Below, in pieces: positions 1 through 12,313 of a stretch of DNA of 64,000 bases; positions within the stretch are counted from its first letter, which is position 1, and each line of letters starts with the position of its first letter. Below the pieces are notes generated by a model. The model was not told the origin of the DNA. It was given only the letters and a program-made list of their open reading frames with translations, and searched no databases. The translations under genes were made by a program, and so were the position numbers. The stretch is from Acanthaster planci (Eukaryota), in the NCBI RefSeq assembly GCF_001949145.1, contig NW_019091360.1, forward strand, positions 2,788,864 to 2,852,863, in the 5' to 3' direction.

Positions 1-1649
1 TACGCCGGATTGCAGTGCCTCTTCGAGACTAAATTTATTTTGCCATCTACATGTTTATCTAAAGGCTTTTGTGTCATTTGGTTCCTTGGGATTTTGAACA
101 CGAAGCATTTCAATCTAACCATGTACTAGTATATGGACTTCACAGTCCACCAGATCATGACATATACAGGGCACATGTACTGAAACTATTTGGGAACCAT
201 TATTTTTTTGAAGTTTTGCCATGTGCTTTCAGGAATGGAAAGGCTGTTTCTGAGAAAACTAGCACAATGAGAAGACTGACCACGAAATAAACCCTCACAC
301 AGCCGTGCTTCACAACATGTGCTTACTCAGATTTTTGAGTCTCTTATTTCTCAAGTGACCCCCCCCATTTTGAAAATGACCCTGTCAACACCCACCCAGT
401 TTACACCTAACCACTAACTGGCTGTAACGGTAATGGATGCCTTGCCAGTCAATCTTGATTTATATTAGCAGTTAACAACCTCACACCTTTACCTTCGCCA
501 ACTCTCCCCGTTTCTGCTTGACTGATGATCGTCAGGTCATTAACCTCATAAGTTTCTAAGTATTATTTCTGTCTTCATAGACGGAGGCCAGGTGCAGTTC
601 TGTGTCCAAAAGTACAGTGAACTCTCTGTCTTAGAGAAGCGAGGTCGAGCAAAGGGCAGTTAAGTTTGGTATCATGGATGCTCCACAACTGTAAATCACT
701 CGTAAATGTGTCCATGGAGGAAGGAATACATGCAGATGCATCATTCAGGACACCGTGCTCAGCTTAAAAATTATGATTTTTAACAAGTCCACGCAGTTTT
801 ACTGGTATGTTCTTCAACAAGGAACCAAAATGCAACTCCACGTGTCATTTTTCAAAATTTTTAAAAGACCGACTTTGGTCATTTACAAGTAAAACACAAA
901 ATTGCACCTTCAGATTTATAATTAAAGGATTATTTGGTGATAACTAGGCAGACTGTGTCCTTGTAGATGTACATTTGGTTAGCTACTAGTGCAAATCAAA
1001 CAGAGTTGAAGTCGTTAAAAGTAACATGTTTACACCAAATGACTTGATTTAAAAACTTCCCTCAACAGAAAATTGAGCATACATGTATGTATACATGCAT
1101 TTTTCAACAGATGTATTTTCAAACCTTCAGAAAGACCTTGAAAGAAAAATGTGCCCGGGAAAATACCACAAAATTGACGAAAAATGAGACGAAAGATTTG
1201 GCTCTCCTCATTCTCTGTTAAAAATCACTCCCACTATACCAGCAAATCTACATGTACATGTACACGCACCAGGTCTCATACCCTTCAACCATTGAAAATA
1301 ATCTTTTTGTTTGGCTGCCTCAAAAATACACTATGTAATGTGTTCAACATGGTCTTTGGGAACGTCATATTTGACAGCATTTTGATGATGTTACAAAATT
1401 TGGACTGAAAATGTACCGAAAATGCTGTCACATGCACCCTGTAGTGCTTGAAAATTCTATTTACATGTATGATGTTGATTTTGCCGTTCGTTTTGGAGAT
1501 ATCCCTGCTCAAAATTAAAACAAAATTGAGAACTTAGAGCATAACATCTTGAAAATTAGAGCGTGTCGTTTGGAACTGCTGACTTTGGGACCTGATAAAT
1601 TGTGAGACATGTTTTTTAATTGTGTAATTATGGTTTTGATATATGTAGT

Positions 1650-2024
1650 ATGTAAATATCATTAATTTTGGATTTTTGCCCTGCTCGACGTGTGTTATAA
1701 CACTGTATACTCAGTGTTTGCCGCCGAAGGCTTCTGAAAAAACCCACAAGCGTACTCGGGTGGGACTCGAACCCATGACATCCTGATTACTAGTGCAGAC
1801 GTCTTAACCACTCGACCACTGTCAGCTGGCTGGTTTGAGTCAGATGTAGCAGAGGGTACTGCGAAAAACTATTTCCAAGGATGGATTTGCGCTGATTTTT
1901 CCACAAGCCTTCGGGGGCAATCACTGAGTATACAATGTATTATTATACACGTCGGGCAGGGCAAAAATCCAAAATTAATGAACTTCCCCTGGTACAAATC
2001 CATCCTTGGAAATGTAAATATCAT
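1650..2024. mobile_element. tRNA-derived SINE-like element in an inverted (fold-back) arrangement, flanked by a 13-bp direct repeat
   Basis: Minus strand 1752-1820 has an A box (TGGTCGAGTGG) and a B box (GGTTCGAGTCC). 1660-1742 is an imperfect inverted repeat of 1896-1980. ATGTAAATATCAT occurs at 1650-1662 and 2012-2024. Confidence 0.75.
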
Positions 2025-5000
2025 CTTTCACCACAAACAAATCCATTCAAAATTACCACAGGAACATTTACTTCCTGGTAACTTTTAGTTGGCTAGGATC
2101 GACAGGTTATTTATGTCCTTCAAAACTCTTGTTAAGTTGAAAGATGGGCACAGTCATCATTGTTCCTGATATCAGTCATGACTCCCCGCATTTCATCAGA
2201 CATTGTGAATTTATTCACCGCTGTTCACTTCAGAAATGAAACCCCCAAAGTTAACATAAGTGGGCCATACTTTGTGGAACCTGCCTGCTGTCAAGTATGG
2301 GACAACATTGAAATACACTAAAGGTTCTTTGATTGCACATTTGGAGTGATCTAATTAGGGTTTTTTATCCAAACAAAGATGTGAAGTAGAAAAAATTCGT
2401 TAAAATATATAGTAACTTACCATGTGCACTTACTGTACAGTACTAATACAAGTACATGAACAATGTATTTAGGATTATTGATCATCGCCATGCACAGATT
2501 TTACACAACTTTCATGTACATGTAGGGCTACAAAGTCACCAACATTTTTGTGATACAATTTATACATATTTTTAGTTTACAAATTCAGTGGAGGGTATTG
2601 TTGAAGATTCCTACAAAAACATTCTCTTGAGTGTCTTGTACTGGTAGTATCTACCGGTCCTTTACCGGGTACGTTACTTTAGAAAGATGACCTTTAAATT
2701 TCAGCCCCTGTGTTAGTGAGTTCCACAGTAGACCTCAGACACAATGATGTTGTCACACCCCCACAAATCTGTCCAAATTGTATACTTGCATATGTACACA
2801 GTGCATGTGATTGTGATAGTGGGACAGTCCCAGCTGTGCTATATAGCACCACAGATGGGCCAGCCCAACTGTAGCACTGTGTGCCATTGTCTGCCATACA
2901 TTACCTGTACCAGTAAATTACGTCAGTGTCAGTTTGTCTGTATGCGTGGAGAATGTGTAGTTACAGTACATGTACATGTACAATGTAGGTTGTATTTGGG
3001 TCATGGATGAAATACCACGTTGAGGTAATTTTTGATTAATTCTGCTAGATGTGAGTGGCAAAACACGTGAAGGTTGAGAAATTTTCTATAGAAATTTGCA
3101 AAGTACCAGTACATGTCTAAGTAATTGGGCCGGACCTAGTTGGGACCATCCTAACTACATGCACAGTGTTTGTACATGTACATGTACCCGGCAGGTGGGT
3201 AGGCATCCACCAAGGTTAGTTAGGATCTTAGAATAGAAAGTGCCCATGAAAAAAAAAGTGAGGTTGATTTATCGTACACGTAGAAGGTAGGTCTGTTTGA
3301 ACACATTTATTGCAGAGGCCAAGAGGTACGGAAACCCTGCAAGTTGCAACAGGAATTGGAACTGCTGATCTGTAGTAAATGTTTTACGGGTACGTGGAAT
3401 GTGCCACATTCGGGGCAGTTCTTTTGCAAGGTTTGGGGATGGCTTTGAAGGGGATACATGTACATGTATTGCACAAGCTGTGACCATATTGCCCTCTTTG
3501 AAGACAGATGGGCAATTCCACGCAAAGGTGGACACGAGGGTGAAAATTTAAAATTCATCACAAACGAATTTGGTCTCAAATGAATGCTGAGGGTCTATAC
3601 TTTACTGTGTTCATGTTGTAATGTAATTTTTTCATTATTTGGTTGTAAAAATCAATGATTATGTAATTTTTTTTTCCAAAAATGAGGAAAATGATAGGAC
3701 GATGAATTGCACCCTGTGTGTCTAATAAAAATGGAAGTTGGCTGTATTTGTGGTTACATTAAGTGTTCAGATTGTTTAAAGGATATCTGGTCTGTGTTTT
3801 GACCTTTGCGGCATTCGTTATGTTTCAGTGGTCTCAAACATTTTGCCCCACTGGAGTGTCCTTCCGTTAACGTAAAAGTACATGCTTTTAGTATATTTTC
3901 AGATTTGAAGGAAAAAATAATTAAAAAAGACCAATGCAAAGTAAGTTTAGGTAGACCTACAACATCATACCATTAAAGTCATTTTTTTGCCCCCTACTCT
4001 TTTAATTATAGCTAATTAATACTTGCCCTTGGTTGGTAACGGAAGGACCAAAACAGCCGCTGAATTTTGTTATGACTGATGTTGTGACATCAGATCACAA
4101 CTAAAAGTGTTAATAGGCTTTCCAGAGTTATACTGGAGAGCTGATTGCTTTCTTCAGGTATCGATTGTTTTGCTTATTAGACGCCTTTCAGTGCCATACT
4201 CCATCACATGTACTCAGGAAATGAGTGAGTTGTCTTGAACGTGCCCACTTTGTAATGTGTGGTTATTTAACTGTACAGCATTCAGTGTGTCTACAACTTG
4301 ACTGGAGCAGTAAAAGAAATAATCTTCATTGAACAGAACGGTGTACTTACAAATATATTAAATTAAAAACACCCCCCCAAAATTAGAGACTAACCCTAAC
4401 TATGCTGAACCCAACAAGGTTATGCAGGATTTCTGAGGTCCCAAGGGGGTTAGGGATAAATTATATGTAATTAAGGAGCATTTGCCAAGTTTCAGACATG
4501 CTTTGCTTATATGTTCAGTAACACTGAGTACAGTCTATTGAGGACCAAGATTCCATCCAAGTTCCATACATATATACGTACAGGTAATGGAATTTTAAGC
4601 AATTTTAAACAAGCTGACCAGTCTTAAACACATACAACAGTGTATGCACACCAGAGACGTACATGTATAAACGCATAGACCGCCAGGTCCTATCCAAACT
4701 ACAGGGTTTTCGTTATCTGCGTGGCGCCCGACTAAAATCAAAACTATAGGCAAATTCACCCCATGGTGTAGGGAATTTACGCACAGTTGAAGAATTCCAG
4801 CCAGAAAATTCTATGAAGCCATTTTTCAATTGTAATTTTATCTTTTCTGGCTCAATTTATCTGGCTCAAAGGGATTCAAAACAAGGCAGTTGCAACAGTT
4901 GAAAAGAAGAGATACGTGTAAGAGCAACGAAGAGCAAAAAGGAAAAAGTAGGTTGGGAGAACATGTAAACAAATACAGGAAATATAAGTGCATTGCGCGT

Positions 5001-7049
5001 AATGCGCACTGAATGCACTGTCATCTGTCGCTTCGTGCATTGTTTGCCCATACTTTTCAAATTCACGGTTATATGCGAAAGACTAGTGGTCTATGCATTT
5101 ATTTGTCTGTGATGCACACTGTATGTACATGTATGTAACCCCTACAAATGTACATTTAGATTCATGGGAATTGTATGATAACTTACATGTATCCCGTGTA
5201 CATGTGACACCCAATTAAGATAGTGTACATGTTGAATTCATGTTTTGGACAAGTTTTATAACAGGCAAAATCCATTTTGAAACCAATCTGAAACACAATG
5301 ACTATATGAGTAGTCATTCTTTTATATTTTCTATTCGTTACTAGCTGATAATTAGTCACTGGCTTAATTAGTGTTTAATTGGTTGTTTATTGGGATAGTT
5401 TAAACTTAAAAAGATTAGTTTTAAGTCATGTTATATTGTATTACTAGTTAGATTTTTATTAAATTGCACTTTCCAACAAAAATTATCTACAACTTTCACT
5501 GCGTACAGTGTACATTTAGTAGATTGAGCATTCAATTGTCCTTCCGTTACCAAATCTTAATTAATGTTTTTTGTTATTATGAGATTACCAAACATAAATC
5601 AGTCATTTTAAATAAGGCTGAATGTTCACAAAACATCATAGATTGTATTTAGTAACTTTGAAATAACATTGGCAAAGAAACTTCACGGAGTTTTGAGAAA
5701 ATGTGCCATACTTGAAATATCCATGTCGGTTTTGATGTCCTATTCTGACCTCATTAATATGCATAATCTATAAATGACAAATAAGTCTGATCAAAACTTT
5801 GGCGGAATTGAAAGGTTTTAGGTGTCACCATGTATTAACCGTATTAACTTGATTTTAACAAAAAAAGTCTTCGTGATATTGTGTTAAAACATGAAAATGC
5901 TGTCTGAATGTCCTTCTGTTACCATGGAATTGCCCTAGAGCAATATTACTGTGGGTGTAATATACATGTACCTGTACGATCTGGTGCTGTTTACTGGTTA
6001 ACAATTGTGATTTTCTAAGTTCTTGATTGACTGGGAATTAGGCCAACTGATTTCCTGGACCATCCGGCTGTGTACTCTAATAACCACAAGTAAGCGGATC
6101 TACATGTACATGTGCATGTATTTTTAGAGTGGTACGTAGAAACCACAAACATACAAGAAGAACATACATGTATTTTGTGAAATGTTCAATCCGCATTCCC
6201 TTACACTGTTACCTGAAGTTACACAATTTGGGTCTAAACTTTCAGAAACGCGTTTTGAATTTCATCGGAAATCCTGTCTTTCAGGTGGTCTTTTTCAATA
6301 CATTTTTTTCAATTTCCCGTAAAAAAAAACCTGAGCTGTCTCATCCAAGCTATAGGTAAGCTTTACATTATTTTTTTGTTGATACATGTACTTGTACATT
6401 GTAAGTCAGTACCTTAAACACACGTTGAATCCCCTCGCCCAAAAAAAGCCCCATTAACAAAAGTGAGGGAACAATGGCATGTTTGCGATATTTTCAGTGG
6501 GGAAGTCCTGCTGTCACCCCCAGAAGTTGTAAAAAACCAGAAAGGCGGCAACCTTTTAGTGATGTCAGATGTATATTAGACACAGCCCAGGTCATGTGCC
6601 CCCAAGCGCCTTTACTTTCTGGTATATATAAAAGTAGACTAATTGTGGAGTTATTGTAAAAATTTCAGTTTTGTTTATGTGTATGTACATGTCTACCTGT
6701 TGTTATTCTGCAAGCAAGATACGTGTTGTTAGTTACTGGTAAGTTACATAAATAAGGTACATAAATATGGACTCCATTGAACAAAACGGTATTGTGTGCA
6801 GTGGTTGTAGATTTTTTATAAATTTGATTTAAATCATTGTGACTTTAAAATCAAACAATATTGTGCGATTCTTTAAACTGTAAATATACATGTACAGTAG
6901 GCTAACTCCTGTGTGTATACAACAGGTCATTTCTTGGAGATGCTGAAACTTTTAGAGGTGGATTCGACTAAAGTTGAGGAAGTACACTGTACAGTATACA
7001 CAGGACTGGTTATGCCTTTACAAGACTACATGTATGGTTACTCGTACAT

Positions 7050-7320
7050 GGGTCATTCTACAAGGGTAAGGCACTGCTTGTGATGGTGTCAGTTGTTCAT
7101 TGGTTCCGTAAAGAATGAACAGCTATTTCCCTGCATGCGGATTCCAAAATGACGTTGTTGTACATCTTGCAAGGCTGAAGACAGAAGTGTGTGTGATTTT
7201 CACAGAGTACATGTACATGTAATTGTAAATGACGTCATGACAGAGGGGAAAAATTTCGCATGCCCTGGATGTAACAAGTGACACGGTCACAAATTGTGCT
7301 CCTTGTAATTACGGAAATGA
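7050..7320 (+). mobile_element. MITE family 1 copy with eroded right end
   Basis: Colinear similarity to 13387-13651. Confidence 0.75.
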
Positions 7321-9599
7321 AATGTAACCAATTCCCCAACTGTGCTGACGGAGACTGTTCAAAAAACAAATGCACTGGTATACATGTACACGTACACTAC
7401 ATGTACTGGGACCTTTTATTTCAGTGCCACTCGTCTTTAAATTTTATTTCAAATTGAAACAACATCTGAAAAACTGATTTTAGTTTTAGAAGCACCGGGG
7501 TACTTGATTGCAAATTTCAGTTTTATATTTTTCATGTTTATACATTTGCCAGTTTTTAAAAACATTTTTGCATTTCTGTGGTTGACAGATGTACCTTAGC
7601 AAGGTCCATTTCATTTCTCTACACACAGGTTTTTCACATGCCTGAAAACCACACTGTAAAAAAAACCCTCTCCTGTAATGTTAAACAAGCTCGTAAATTA
7701 GAAAGCAATGTCAACCAGCCATCTGTTGTTAGAAAATAGAGAGAGAGAAAAAAAACAACAGGGGTTGTTGCCCCAAATGCATTGTTTGCAAATGAGGGAA
7801 ATGCAGGATAGCAGGACCACAGAATATCCTAAGGGTGAATCATCAGGTACATTGTGATTGTGCATGCACATGTACCCTGTAGGCACTGTATGTCCATCAT
7901 AGAACCAGGTGTCCGGAAACAGGATGTTCACTGGAACAATTAATGTGTAATGTCTGCTGTTGACTGACAGTCAGTGGATGAGTTGTTCACACTTGCACAG
8001 GTGCATTCTGCATGTTCATGTACGTACGTGTATGTAAATGTACATATTGCTACGTGTTTGGTTTTCTGAGAAAATGTGTTCATACCCCGGTGCACGCACT
8101 GTACACAATTTTAATCAATTGTGTTGCACAATGTTCCTTTTCACAAAGTTATGATGAACAACTTAAACAGGTGGACTGATATTTCCTTATACATGGACGG
8201 TAGTTGTCCTATTTGACACGCATTTTATTCATATTGAAACTGTGTACTCTGCTGTATGTACATGTAAATATACCGGTATCATGATGCACAAATTTATGTT
8301 CTTCATGTCATTGCAAAAAGTGAAAACAACTGTGACAAACACTCAAAATAAATTAGCAGTAATTAGAAGGCAACGACCAGGCAGAAAAATCTGCCGGTAC
8401 CCGATATATGTGTGATGGGCATTCATCTTTGTCTTCACTGTGCAAGCAAAATGTTTTGGTTTTTTTTTGAAATTATGGAGAAGTTTTACAAAAAAATTTC
8501 TGTCTTGAAATTTACGTGTACATGTGCAAAACGGAGACAGCTTGTATTCCTTGTTAAGAGACCACAGTTTATACAAACATGTAGAAAGGTTGATTGATGT
8601 ACATTGTAATGGACTGTGCTCTATGTATCATGGGAGTACCCGTGGCTTATTTGCATAATTCACCGTTTCGTGGAAATCCAGCCGCCCATTGTCCAGATTG
8701 CAATTAGTCTGTCAGAGCGACGTCTTGTGAGGAGGCAGTAGGGTACATGTACATGTATTGTGTACAGATAGTCTGAGACAATGCAGTACTTGGGCATTGT
8801 AACAGAAAAAAAATTGCTCAAGCTACAGTACATGTACAAAGGTGTCATTAGATTGTCTGGGTAAGTACTTGTATGTATTATCATGAGGTGGAAGGTGTCT
8901 GGGGACATACCGGTATGTACTAAAATCAACCAAACTTGATTTACAAGTGTAAGAAATGACCAATTCCCAGTTTGTCAGGGGTGCATACATGTACAATTAG
9001 TTTCTCAGTGCTGAGCTTTAATGCCAGACAAGAAATGTACATTGTACAATTCTCTGTTGCACCAAAAGCAAAGTTTAATTTATATATACATGTACATGTT
9101 CATGTGTCGTTGAAAGAAAAAAAAAAAAACAAATTAAAAGAAAAATATTGCATTGACATTTGACAATGCAAAATCATATTTTCACTATTTTTAGCTTTTC
9201 CTTGTTGTAAAACTGGAAATGCTGTAATAAGTGAGGGCAAAAAACTGTTGTGAGTAGGATTTGGGGAATTCGACCCCATCACCGTGTTTATTTGTTCCTG
9301 CATAGTTTTGCAATTTTTTGCATAGCTCTTGCACACAAACTGTCGGGTGGGAGTGCTTATGTGTAGAGTGTACTTTGTACGCTCACATGCCAGTCATGTT
9401 CCACCAACACAATGTGTCCCTTCATGTTTTGCATAGTTTTGCACAATATGCACACCATCAGTAATGCACACACACATGCATGCACTGTACGTACATGATC
9501 ACCTTGAATGCTCACTATTTGCCTTGAATGCTTGCCCGACACGTACACGTACATGTACATGTATGTTACATGCTCGTGCACTGGTACTGTACGTGAGTT

Positions 9600-9934
9600 C
9601 AAGGGGGCGGTCGGTTAAACGTCAACCAGCAGAGAGGAGATTGCCCTTGCTGAACCTTAAGATGACTCATCTTCCATCCCTCATCTCATCTCTTGGAGGA
9701 TGCGGGCCGTGTGTGATGTAAGAGGTAGGATGCTGAGCCGGGAGGGGTTTGTTCTTCCCAGATAAAGGCCTGCTGAGTGGTTGTCGTGTCGTGGCACGTC
9801 TAGTGTTTGGTGCGTTTATATGTTCACTACTTCCAGATAAACAGGATTTGGAGTGGAATATTCTGGCCTCCATATAGTCATCAGCTGTGTGTATATTTTG
9901 CTGTCTTAAAGACAAGAATTCGTCACTCACAAGG
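9600..9934 (+). promoter_or_regulatory. Candidate promoter and non-coding 5' exon of the Bcl-2-family gene
   Basis: GC box GGGGGCGG at ~9603, locally higher GC/CpG, donor-like AAGG|GTAACG at 9935, matching acceptor at 10747 just upstream of the ATG. Confidence 0.3.
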
Positions 9935-10259
9935 GTAACGTTTCCTCTACGGTGTACATGTAGAAGTCAGGGGTACTTAAATTCTGTATCAGTACGGTAG
10001 GTGTACACTCTAGACAGTGTAATCAGTAGACTGTTTAGTTTGGAATTGTTAGTTTCTGCATTTTACACATGTACAGTGCACCTCTTCTGTACATTTTTTT
10101 TTCTTCAAATAAACATCAGCACAAATGTTTGTAGTGATTTGTGTATATGAAGTGAATGCCACACAAATTGTATTGTGTACCACACACATGTACATACATG
10201 ATAATGTAACAAGGCAAAATGTACATGTATGTATGTAAACTTGTACGTGTACATTTCAG

Positions 10260-10332
10260 TTAACCCTAACAGTCCCAAATTCTCCCATTTCAATACGATT
10301 TTACATACACGCCAGGGGCTTAGGGTTTTAAT
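10260..10332. mobile_element. Second copy of the piggyBac-like micro-MITE
   Basis: TTAACCCTAACAGTCCCAAAT..CATTTCAATACGATT..ACATACAC shared with 60504-60571. Confidence 0.6.
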
Positions 10333-10836
10333 ATTCATGTAGTGGTACATTGTACATGTACACCTGTACATTGTACATTGTACCTTTACACATGAACTGG
10401 TACCGTACATGTGCCTAAAAAAGTACATGTACATGTACATGTACGGTTCCTTTTCACATTTTGCAGACAGTCTGAAATTAACGGTATGTTCTTTCAAACC
10501 AACATTCATAATGTCCTAATGTGAATTAAATATACTGTAAATCATGTTAATTGTTACTGGGCCGACCGGTCTGTTGACATTTTCATCTATTGTACATTTA
10601 TACTTTAGTATCATGTATTGGATTCTTATTATTATAGATGACATTTTATTATTTTTGTGACACCAAGTTGTTCTCTATTTGTTATGCTGTTGGTTAGATG
10701 CTGATTTCAATAGATGTTACAGACTTATCTTTTTTGGTTTTGTACAGGCTAATTGATCGATTGTTGTGAAACTGAACTCTAACTGCGTGGTATACTAGTG
10801 ACCTACCAAAGCTGCATTGATTAGCAGTGTGTAACC

Positions 10837-12313
10837 ATGGACTCCACACCAGACACTGGTCACCAGCTGGCAGACGTCCGGCTGAACTCGGCAACAACGC
10901 TGGAGATGGAGACATCCGGAGAGATACCTTACATGGATGCGGACGAGCCCGCTCCATCTCCCCCCTCCTCCCGATCGGGAACCCTAAAGGCCCGGAAAAG
11001 CTCCAAGGGGCGGAGCCCTAAATGCTCCCCACTGATGGTGAACAAGGAGAGCAGCATCCCCATTGTCAAGAAGGAGGCAGAGAAGGTCATGGAGATGTTC
11101 TTGAAGAGGCGGAGCATGAGCATGAACGATGCCATCCTGCAGAAGGAATTCTTCAGTCAGGAACGGAGGAGAAAGAAAGACCGCGCCCCACGGAATAACA
11201 CAGTCTCGATTTGTTCCACAATGAGCACAGACTCCAGCGACTACCGCAACAGTGGAGATTTTGAGGAGGCCACCCTGACAAGAAGCAAGGGGAGCTTCAG
11301 CAGAGCTTTGGAGAACTCTGTTTTGCCGGGAGATGTGCGGCGCGAACAGTCATCGGCAGACGACGAACTGTCATCGTCTGATCATGAAATGGACAAGGAG
11401 AAGTCTCGTTCAGCTCCGTCCACCCTTCGCTTGCAGGTTGGTCGGTTGACCGAGGAAGAACTTGAAAAACTGCGGGAAGCAGGCAATGGCTATGCCCAGC
11501 ATGACAAAGATGGCGTTAAGAAAGATGTGAAGAAGAAGGACTTGCCCAAAAGGCGGAAAAGCCTGCTGGACAAAGCCAAGCAAATCATTCGCTCTCCTAG
11601 CATGCAGAGGAAGCATGACCACTCAGAGGAGAAAGAGGCCCCAGTGGGTCCCGATGAAACCTCGGCCAGTCGATCTAAAGTCCACCAAGAGATGAAGCGT
11701 ACTGGCTTTGCCAACAGACTGAAAAGGACATTCAAACGGGACTCCCGCAAAAGCTCTCTGAAGAGTTGCGAGTCAGAGACAAGGACTCCCACCCCACCAA
11801 ACTCGGCCTCATCAGAATCCAAAGATGGGAGCAAAACAAGGCGATGGCCGAGTTTCCAGCTCAAGAGGAAGCCGCGGAAGAGTGCGTCGACCCCCACCGA
11901 CGATAGCCTGGCCGGGGCTACGCCCTCAGACACAACATCCAATGCTGACTGGGCCTCGGTCAGCGACTACGACCACACCCAGAGCCTGACGGAGTTTGAC
12001 CGGAGGAAGCTCCTAAAGGAGATCCACAATGGCGTCCAGTTGCGCCATGCCCAGCAGGCTACCGGCAGTGATTCTCAGCTCCACGCCCAGAGGGCGGAGA
12101 AGTTACCATCTCGGAGAAGCGCCCCAGAGCCAGAGCACTGTGGGTTGGGCTCTACGGGCACCCAGACCCCCTCCTCAGTCCTTTCCAGCTCCCAGGAGTC
12201 CGGAATGTCATCTGACTGGTCGTCTGGAGGATCAGGCCAGAGGACACAACGGCCCAGGAGCCTGAACTTGACGAGATCAAGGCGGCACGAACGAGCAAGG
12301 CAGGGACTTAATG
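10837..12313 (+). CDS. Bcl-2-family gene coding exon 1 (BH4-like helix, Ser/Lys/Arg-rich disordered region, WH2-like motif)
   Basis: 494-codon GC-rich ORF. Upstream acceptor TTTTGTACAG ends at 10747. Inferred phase-1 GC donor AATG|GCAAGT. Confidence 0.85.

Noticed and set aside
1752..1822. tRNA gene on the minus strand
   Set aside because: A and B boxes are present, but there is no clean acceptor stem, it is embedded in a repeat, and diverged copies occur at 27690 and 41850. Treated as a SINE head.
4690..5090. CpG-rich patch as a promoter of a separate gene
   Set aside because: No associated coding exon could be identified; evidence too weak to call
69..9600. Many short ORFs rich in C/T/Y/M/H/V
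   Set aside because: Translation artefacts of TACATG repeats and AT-rich non-coding DNA, with no recognisable domains
9480..10450. p53 response elements upstream of the apoptosis gene (CATG cores)
   Set aside because: TACATGTA does not fit RRRCWWGYYY, no convincing paired half-sites were seen, and the motif is abundant across the whole window
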